Positions 6,054 to 12,317 of a DNA stretch of 12,317 bases are shown in pieces. The translations under genes and the position numbers were made by a program. This DNA is from Promethearchaeota archaeon (GTDB taxonomy: Archaea; Asgardarchaeota; Thorarchaeia; Thorarchaeales; Thorarchaeaceae): assembly GCA_048939765.1 (NCBI GenBank), contig JBHLPF010000065.1:1-12317 (forward strand), read 5' to 3'. The notes beneath the pieces were generated by a model. The model saw only the letters and a list, made by a program, of their open reading frames with translations, was not told where the DNA came from and did not search any database. Within the stretch, counting starts at the first letter, position 1. Each line of letters opens with the position of its first letter.

Positions 6054-6833
6054 CTATTTCCATTCGACCAATGCTTCAATAGCTGCATCGATGACCAAAT
6101 CGACTCCTCTTAGGAGCATCGGATCAATTTCTGGTCCAAAGAGCGGCTTTCCATGAAGCTGCAAATCTGATATACAGTTGATTGATGCTGCCGGGGTCTT
6201 GTTCTCCGAGGCTATCCCAAGAACCGCTGATGTTTCCATGTCCACTGCATGAGCTCCTCGCCGTATCCACTCTTGGAGTAGATCCTCTGTCTGCCTCAGG
6301 AGGACATCTGTTGTCCACATTGTCCCTCTATGTGTTGGCAAACCTGAATTCGCTGAATTAGTGAAGACCTGCTTGGTTAGAGTAGAGTCCGCATCTATCT
6401 TCTTTCCAGCTCCAAAATACACTGACGCCGCACCATCCCCCACAAGGACTGAATCAGCAACGAACGCATGACCAATACCATGCTCGCTTGATAGACCGCC
6501 ACAAAAGTCTGCACGAATGAATACTCGTGGATTGGTCTTCGCAATAGCATCCAAGAACATGATTGCAGCCGGCGAGCCAATCCCTGTGTCCAGAATACCT
6601 ATTGCTGTATCACCGTATTTTCCTGTCGTGAGCCTTCCCTTTGCCTTCTCGTTCTTGAGACGTGAAGCCGCTCCCTTCTTGAAGTTCCCAGTTGCAACTA
6701 CAAGAAGGCGGTCTGGAACATCATTAGCTCTAACGCCCAAAACACCCCTCACAATCCTCTCGTCCTGGGTCATGTTCTCAAATATCTTCGAAGCTATTCT
6801 TGCCTTCGCATGGTCTCTGGTTCGTGGCTTCAT
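6054..6833 (-). CDS. Nucleoside phosphorylase/nucleosidase family protein (PNP_UDP_1 fold)
   Basis: TGIGSPAA, FIRADFCGGL, GDGAASVY, HRGTMWTTD, GAHAVDMETSA and CISD motifs. Confidence 0.85.
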   Translation of the reverse strand: MKPRTRDHAKARIASKIFENMTQDERIVRGVLGVRANDVPDRLLVVATGNFKKGAASRLKNEKAKGRLTTGKYGDTAIGILDTGIGSPAAIMFLDAIAKTNPRVFIRADFCGGLSSEHGIGHAFVADSVLVGDGAASVYFGAGKKIDADSTLTKQVFTNSANSGLPTHRGTMWTTDVLLRQTEDLLQEWIRRGAHAVDMETSAVLGIASENKTPAASINCISDLQLHGKPLFGPEIDPMLLRGVDLVIDAAIEALVEWK

Positions 6834-6857
6834 CGGGAATCACAACCAGATACGAGT

Positions 6858-7238
6858 CTAGTCCTCAAGTTGCGGAAGCAGAATCTCTGTCTGGTAGGCA
6901 GCTCCGCACTCGCAATTGAACTTGGCGGACCATCGTTTTGGAAGAGGCACATGGAATTCATCGACAACTTCTTTGAGGCTGTTCTTTATTTCCTTGATGA
7001 GATTGACATATGCTCCTGAGAGTCGTTGTACCTCTTCTGGAAAATCAAAGTCTGAGAGGATGTACTTGACCCCCTTCTTGCATTCCGGACATGCTGTCAA
7101 CATCAGATGAGTCCCATCGCCGCAGTTCTTGCACTTCACTTCGACATGGCTGAAATTTGGAGCAATGGGCGCTACGGGAGTCAGGTCCACTGGGTGTCCA
7201 CAAACATAACAGTAGTAACGGAGATCAACCTTCGGCAT
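6858..7238 (-). CDS. Hypothetical double zinc-ribbon protein
   Basis: 126 aa with CYVC, CKNC, CPEC and CEC. RBS GAGGT upstream. 24-nt gap to the nucleoside-enzyme gene suggests co-transcription. Confidence 0.75.
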   Translation of the reverse strand: MPKVDLRYYCYVCGHPVDLTPVAPIAPNFSHVEVKCKNCGDGTHLMLTACPECKKGVKYILSDFDFPEEVQRLSGAYVNLIKEIKNSLKEVVDEFHVPLPKRWSAKFNCECGAAYQTEILLPQLED

Positions 7239-7340
7239 CTTTCAACCTCTTGACTTTCTTGTCCTACAAATGACAATCAGAGCTCTAAAAGTATTGGCCT
7301 GATGTGGCCAGATTGCGAGGGCTGTCTCCGTCCAACATAT

Positions 7341-8051
7341 TCATCGTTTCCGGAGGACTCCAACATACAGATTTCTGGGGCCGTATGTCTTGACGAGTTT
7401 CCAACCCGCTTTCTCAGCTATCGCTGACATCTCGTCCGAGTTGACCATTCGAAGATGCCACCAATCTCCTACGTGGCCTCTATACTTGAGTCGTATTTTG
7501 ACTAGTCCGATTGGAATTCCTCTGGATCTGTTCCTCTCATGATACGCAATGTGCTCGGGTTTGTCTGTGTCTGCAACATCTCTAGTCTGTGCTAATATCA
7601 CGGCATCAGGCTTTGTCATCCGATGCAAATCCATGAGCATCGCAACGATCTTCTCCTCATCACCAAGCACTCCGAAGTTATTTCCAAACAAGATAACCGT
7701 GTCAAAGGTATCGTTGGGGAAATCAAGACTCTCCGCAGACATGAGATAGACTTCTCTTACTCCTCTTTTGCGAGAAGCATCGACAGCCGCCTGCGAGATA
7801 TCAATCCCAACAACCTCATGTCCCTTCTTCTGGAAGTGGAGAGCTACGCGGCCAGCTCCACAGCCAATGTCAAGTATCTTGCCCTTGACCTCAGCGCTAG
7901 CCAATCGCTCGCTCTCATTCCATTCAGAGAATGGCGCAGTATATTGACTGCCCAGGCCTTCATGAGCATAGCCATCATCCCTTTCGATCTCATGCTTTGC
8001 ATCTTGCCCCTTTGCTGCATCATCCATTATCATTCCAAAGATATCGGGCAT
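7341..8051 (-). CDS. Class I SAM-dependent methyltransferase
   Basis: Motif I ILDIGCGAGR, VVGIDIS, FDTVILFGNNFG and N-terminal IERDDG. Start taken as ATG 8051 (MPDIFG); the ORF track extends to 8102. Confidence 0.9.
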   Translation of the reverse strand: MPDIFGMIMDDAAKGQDAKHEIERDDGYAHEGLGSQYTAPFSEWNESERLASAEVKGKILDIGCGAGRVALHFQKKGHEVVGIDISQAAVDASRKRGVREVYLMSAESLDFPNDTFDTVILFGNNFGVLGDEEKIVAMLMDLHRMTKPDAVILAQTRDVADTDKPEHIAYHERNRSRGIPIGLVKIRLKYRGHVGDWWHLRMVNSDEMSAIAEKAGWKLVKTYGPRNLYVGVLRKR

Positions 8052-8217
8052 AATCCAGTTCTGTAGGCAGTCAGGGAAAAGGAATTCGGTCAAAGGCTTC
8101 AACTAAACCGAACGTGGCCGCCAATGATGTTTCGCCTAGTTCTAGGCGTTGGCTCTCTAATTGGCGAGTTTGTAGTGGACCTCGGTGTCGTTCTTCGTTG
8201 GAGAGCTGCCAGGAGTT

Positions 8218-9483
8218 TCAGATGATATCAAACACAATTGCCCAGAACTCACGCTCAGAGACCCCTGTACGTAGGTCTTTGAGCTCCTCCTTTATTCTAT
8301 CAAACGAGTCCTTGGACTGACTCTTCTTGGTTGCCTCGTGTGTCTTCTTGATACGTTCTGCAATCTCTCGAGTTTGCTCTTCAGTGGCTTTCACCCCACC
8401 CATCTTGAGAAGGTATTCCACGAAATGTCTGCCTATGAACTTCCCAAGATGAAATTCGCGTCGTCGTCCTACGATGAGTGGGCTAATTGGCTCATAGGTC
8501 ATAGAATGAGTCAATTGGCCGTGAGAGTGTATCCCGCTGGAATGGGTAAATGCATTGTCACCCGAGATTGATTTGTGCAGTGGCAATGGGATTGCGAAAT
8601 TTCTCTCAACAAGTCTGCTTAGGCGGTAGAGCTTCTCAGTTTCAATGCCGGTCCTTACCCCATAAAGCTGCTCCAAAGCCATGACAATCTCTTCAAAGGC
8701 CGCATTTCCAGCACGCTCTCCATAGCCATTCACACAAACATGTGGGTAAGTGGCACCTTCCTCCACCGCAGCCAATGTGTTCGCACTAGCAAGCCCAAAA
8801 TCATCATGACAGTGCACCGCAATCGGGACTTTATATTTGCTCTTTCTCCAGAGGTCCTTCTTGACCTCCCTCATAATGTGGCGCATGACCTCTGGTCTCA
8901 CAAAGCCTACAGTATCAGCCACGCAGATCTTGTCAGCTCCGGCGTCAATGGCTCTCTTGTATGCTTGGCACAGAAAATCCATGCTGCTCCTTGTACTATC
9001 CTCTGCGATATAGTCTACGATTAATCCATGGTCTTTCGCGTATTGGACGCATTCCACTAGCCGATCAAGCATCTCATCTCGTGTCATTTGAAGTTGGTAC
9101 TTGAGCCTGAAGTCAGAGGTCGCAATGAAAATTGGCACCTCTTTCACACCTGCTTCGATGCATGCATCGATATCTGAGATGACTGCGCGTGCAGGAGCCC
9201 CTACAACTGCATTATCGAGGCCCTCCTTCGCAATAGCCGCTACTATCTCCTTCTCGTGTTCACTGACAGCCGGGAACCCCACAACTACAATCGAGGTTCC
9301 TATCTCATCCAGCATCTTGGCAATCTCAATCTTCTCATCAAGAGTGAGCGCCACACCCGGGGTCTGTTCTCCATCACGGAGAGTCTCGTCCCAAATGAAC
9401 ACCTCTTTCGGAAGGCTTTCGGGTTTTGTGCTTTCGACCTTATTATAATTGACAGCCAGTCCGGCTTTCTCAAGAGACTCCAT
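8218..9483 (-). CDS. Homocitrate synthase / isopropylmalate-citramalate synthase family enzyme (AksA-like, no C-terminal regulatory domain)
   Basis: DETLRDGEQTPG, ADTVG, HCHDDFGLA.AN.LAA, NGYGERAGNA, GDNAFTHSSGIH and YEP motifs. 421 aa, with an N-terminal YN-containing extension like archaeal AksA. RBS GGTGAT. Confidence 0.88.
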   Translation of the reverse strand: MESLEKAGLAVNYNKVESTKPESLPKEVFIWDETLRDGEQTPGVALTLDEKIEIAKMLDEIGTSIVVVGFPAVSEHEKEIVAAIAKEGLDNAVVGAPARAVISDIDACIEAGVKEVPIFIATSDFRLKYQLQMTRDEMLDRLVECVQYAKDHGLIVDYIAEDSTRSSMDFLCQAYKRAIDAGADKICVADTVGFVRPEVMRHIMREVKKDLWRKSKYKVPIAVHCHDDFGLASANTLAAVEEGATYPHVCVNGYGERAGNAAFEEIVMALEQLYGVRTGIETEKLYRLSRLVERNFAIPLPLHKSISGDNAFTHSSGIHSHGQLTHSMTYEPISPLIVGRRREFHLGKFIGRHFVEYLLKMGGVKATEEQTREIAERIKKTHEATKKSQSKDSFDRIKEELKDLRTGVSEREFWAIVFDII

Positions 9484-9529
9484 GGTCTATGATCACCCAT
9501 ACTCATAATCTATTGGGATGAACTCCCTT

Positions 9530-10078
9530 CTAATCAAATCGGTAACGACCCTCTGATGGGATTTTCCGAATGATTTCATCAAGGGCACTGATCTGTTTGG
9601 CATACTCCTCTTTGGATATTGCACCTTTGTCAAGTGCTTTCTTCGCTTTACTCTTTTTATAGTCCGCCCTTGCCTTGTCAAGATGGATCAATCGAAGTGC
9701 CGACTCCACTGTCGGCTTGGTTCCGGTTTCACCACCAATTCCTTCTAACATCGGCTTCCAGCAGATTTCCTCAACATGAAATGCATATTCAAGGCCGCGG
9801 TCGAGAATCCTATCCCAAAGCGGACAGGACTTTACGAGGATTTCTTTGCCCTTTAGGTCAACTTTCAAGCCAATAGCTGAGAAGAGACCTGCCGCGGTCT
9901 TCGCAGCAGCTTCAGGTCCTTGCGCCCTGTCGGATCTTGCTTTCTCTTCTCCCATCTGCCTGAATCCATTTGCATAGCCCTCATACATTGAGAGTGCTCC
10001 CACATTGTCACGCAATCCCCACCATAGTCCATCCAAGAAAGCAATGAAGCCCTCTCTCAAAATGTCAAGTTCGCTCAA
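9530..10078 (-). CDS. DUF6125-like (V4R/ATC-hydrolase-like) protein with a C-terminal SHOCT-like helix pair
   Basis: AFLDGLWW, VKSCP.W and ICW motifs; C-terminal ALDKGAISKEEY. TTG start 6 nt after the nitroreductase stop, with RBS GAGGTGA overlapping that stop. Confidence 0.55.
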   Translation of the reverse strand: MSELDILREGFIAFLDGLWWGLRDNVGALSMYEGYANGFRQMGEEKARSDRAQGPEAAAKTAAGLFSAIGLKVDLKGKEILVKSCPLWDRILDRGLEYAFHVEEICWKPMLEGIGGETGTKPTVESALRLIHLDKARADYKKSKAKKALDKGAISKEEYAKQISALDEIIRKIPSEGRYRFD

Positions 10079-10084
10079 TCATAT

Positions 10085-10828
10085 TCACCTCTGTTTCTTG
10101 AATGGTTCTCCCCACTTGTCTAGAAACGCTATCTCCTCCGGCATCTGTCTAGGAGGTCCCAATGTTCTCTCTGATATGGGGTATCCGAGAGTGAGACAAA
10201 GGATTGGCACCCAATGTGGGAACGGAATGCCTAGTTTCTTTGAAATTGCTCCCACGTCATCGAAGTGGTCCAACTGGACTGAAGAAACACAACTTCCAAC
10301 GCCCAACGAAGTTGCTGCGAGAGCCATATTCTGCATCATCATAGAGCCTGCTATGACTGCATGTCTGGGTGATGACCAACCGTACACGCCACCTGTACCT
10401 CTAAGGGTGGCTTGCGAGTTGCCTACATGGGTCTGGTCGATTGCAAGAACCAGGAGCACTGGTGCTCCATTTGTTTCAGGTTCGCCCTTGATGTACTCGA
10501 AGCGCTCGCCCGATATTAGAATGTCAATGGTGCCTTCTCTACTCACCTTTGATTTGATATAGCTGAGACGCCGCTCCAACTCCTCTCTCGGTGTAGCTCG
10601 TCCAAACAGCTCAATGGTCCTATCCACAGCAATCTGACCAATGAACTTCTGGGTTTCTTTGTCGCGCACAACGATGATTCTCCAAGGCTGCTGATTCTCG
10701 GCGCTTGGTGCGTAGCCGCCAGCCTCTAATATCTTGTAGATCAATTCGTCTGGGACATCCTTTGATGTCACATAATCGCGAATGGCTCGACGATTCTTGA
10801 TAACCTCGATCGTTTCATTGTCATCCAA
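10085..10828 (-). CDS. Nitroreductase-family flavoprotein
   Basis: RRAIRDY, APSAENQQPWRIIVV, APVLLVL, QNMALAATSLGVGSC and LTLGYP motifs. TTG 10828 is preceded by GGAGTGA; alternative GTG 10849. TATA-like TTTAAA at ~10889-10884. Confidence 0.92.
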   Translation of the reverse strand: MDDNETIEVIKNRRAIRDYVTSKDVPDELIYKILEAGGYAPSAENQQPWRIIVVRDKETQKFIGQIAVDRTIELFGRATPREELERRLSYIKSKVSREGTIDILISGERFEYIKGEPETNGAPVLLVLAIDQTHVGNSQATLRGTGGVYGWSSPRHAVIAGSMMMQNMALAATSLGVGSCVSSVQLDHFDDVGAISKKLGIPFPHWVPILCLTLGYPISERTLGPPRQMPEEIAFLDKWGEPFKKQR

Positions 10829-11114
10829 AATGATGTCACTCCAACCCACATGGTGCTTGATGAATTAGCCTCAAACTCTGATGTTTAAATCATTTAGCTT
10901 TAGTCAACAATCCCCTAAAGGTGACGCTACCGTTTAGTGCGTTCATTGCTGGGAATCGATTAAATCCCATCCATTTTACAATAAATGAATCAATGGATAT
11001 CTCAATAAGAAGCGACCTGTCTTGTTGAGGGGATTCAGCATGTCCATTGCATGTTCAGCCTCCTTTGAGAGATTGAAACCAGCATAGGTGTTTCCTACAC
11101 TGGCTTCACTTCAT

Positions 11115-12317
11115 CTATGGAATTGGAGCATCTTGGCCGTCATACTTGACATTAAAGCCAGTATCAAGATTCACGCTCTCTTTCAAAATCCGACCACTTG
11201 CAACCACTCGTTGAACCTGATTAGTTCCTTCGTAGATCTGCAACAGCTTTGCATCACGCATCAACTTCTCCGCAGGATATTCGGAAACATATCCATACCC
11301 ACCCATAATCTGGACTGCATCGATTGCGTTCTGCATGGCTGCGTCTGCAGCGAAGAACTTGGCAAATGCAGAGTCCTTTGAGTTGTCATGTCCATGGTCA
11401 GCAAGCCAGGCTGCATATCGAGTCAAGTGTCTCGACGCCGAGGTTCTAGCACCCATATCAGCAAGCATGAATGAGATGCCCTGGAACCTCCCAATTGGCT
11501 GCCCGAACTGATGGCGAATGTTAGCAAACTTAGCGGCTTCATCAAGAGCACGCTGGGCCACGCCAGTTGCAATGGCAGCGATTCCTGCCCGTGTCTTGTC
11601 CAATGTCATCATCGCAATCTTGAATCCCTCGCCCTCCTTTCCGACGAGCGCATTCTTAGGTACTCTCGCATCCTCAAAGATGACCTCGGACTGAACAGAG
11701 TTCAGCTGACCAACCTTGTTTTCGATATGTCCGATTTTGACTCCCTTTGACTTGGGAACCATGAACACTGAGAGGCCCTTGTGCTTCAGCTCAGGTTGAG
11801 TTGATGCAAAGACAGTGAACAGCGATGCTTGGGGCCCGTTAGTGGCGAAACACTTCAGCCCATTGATAACATATTCATCGCCATCTCTTACTGCTCTAGT
11901 GGCAACAGCAGCAGCATCTGAACCAGCCTTTCTCTCAGTGAGACAGAAAGCTCCGAATTTTGCATCCTTGCCTGTGATCAAGGGCTCGATATATTCTTGC
12001 AGCTGTTCGATGGTTGCACCAATCACTAGCGGTGCGAAGGCGAGATTGTTACACATTATGGAAGTCGCAATTCCGGCACCGCCGTATCCTGTTGCCTCTG
12101 AGACCAGGGTCTCTGAGAGAAGCGAAAGCCCAGGACCTCCGGCCTCTGATGGAATATGGAGATTCATAAGGCCAGCTTCGTACGCCTTCTGAACGACATC
12201 CTTGGGGAACTCCTTTCGTTTCTCAAGCTCCATGGCTCTCGGAGTGATATGCTCCTTCGTGAACTCCTTTGCTCTCTCAAACAGTTTCTGATCCTTCTCT
12301 GACAATGAAAAGTCCAT
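11115..12317 (-). CDS. Acyl-CoA dehydrogenase (short/medium-chain type)
   Basis: GAFCLTE..AGSDA, INGLKCFATNG, GEGFKIAM..LD..R, RHQFGQPI..FQ, QIMGGYGY and catalytic IYEGTNQVQR. The ATG lies exactly at the window edge. Confidence 0.96.
   Translation of the reverse strand: MDFSLSEKDQKLFERAKEFTKEHITPRAMELEKRKEFPKDVVQKAYEAGLMNLHIPSEAGGPGLSLLSETLVSEATGYGGAGIATSIMCNNLAFAPLVIGATIEQLQEYIEPLITGKDAKFGAFCLTERKAGSDAAAVATRAVRDGDEYVINGLKCFATNGPQASLFTVFASTQPELKHKGLSVFMVPKSKGVKIGHIENKVGQLNSVQSEVIFEDARVPKNALVGKEGEGFKIAMMTLDKTRAGIAAIATGVAQRALDEAAKFANIRHQFGQPIGRFQGISFMLADMGARTSASRHLTRYAAWLADHGHDNSKDSAFAKFFAADAAMQNAIDAVQIMGGYGYVSEYPAEKLMRDAKLLQIYEGTNQVQRVVASGRILKESVNLDTGFNVKYDGQDAPIP

Noticed and set aside
10904-11035. 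Inverted matches TCAACAA/TTGTTGA and AATCCCCT/AGGGGATT
   Set aside because: The two matches are in permuted order and cannot form one stem. No further supporting structure.

Overview
Archaeal chromosomal window, most likely an Asgard archaeon (Thorarchaeia-like). This is an inference from a longin-like protein, archaeal TATA-like boxes, GGAGG/GGTGA ribosome-binding sites and the metabolic gene mix. There are 12 supported CDS: longin-like/winged-helix protein, membrane-anchored EB_dh/DOMON heme-b-type protein, PadR regulator fused to a degenerate methyltransferase-like domain, glutamine-dependent NAD synthetase, OsmC-family peroxiredoxin, PNP/UDP-family nucleoside enzyme, double zinc-ribbon protein, class I SAM methyltransferase, AksA-like homocitrate/isopropylmalate-synthase-family enzyme, DUF6125-like protein, nitroreductase and acyl-CoA dehydrogenase. 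No rRNA, tRNA, CRISPR array or transposase was seen. The most interesting signals are non-coding. (1) A ~125-nt structured element lies between nadE and the osmC-family gene. On the minus strand it has a ~28-bp end-to-end stem, a C(UUCG)G hairpin and a C-rich loop, with a correctly spaced TATA-like box and a perfect 14-bp palindrome upstream, so it is a candidate unannotated small RNA gene. (2) A 33-bp promoter/operator module is duplicated 255 bp apart. One copy precedes the heme-domain gene; the other precedes a ~150-nt structured segment with no convincing ORF. All family assignments come from recognising motifs by eye; no database searches were run.
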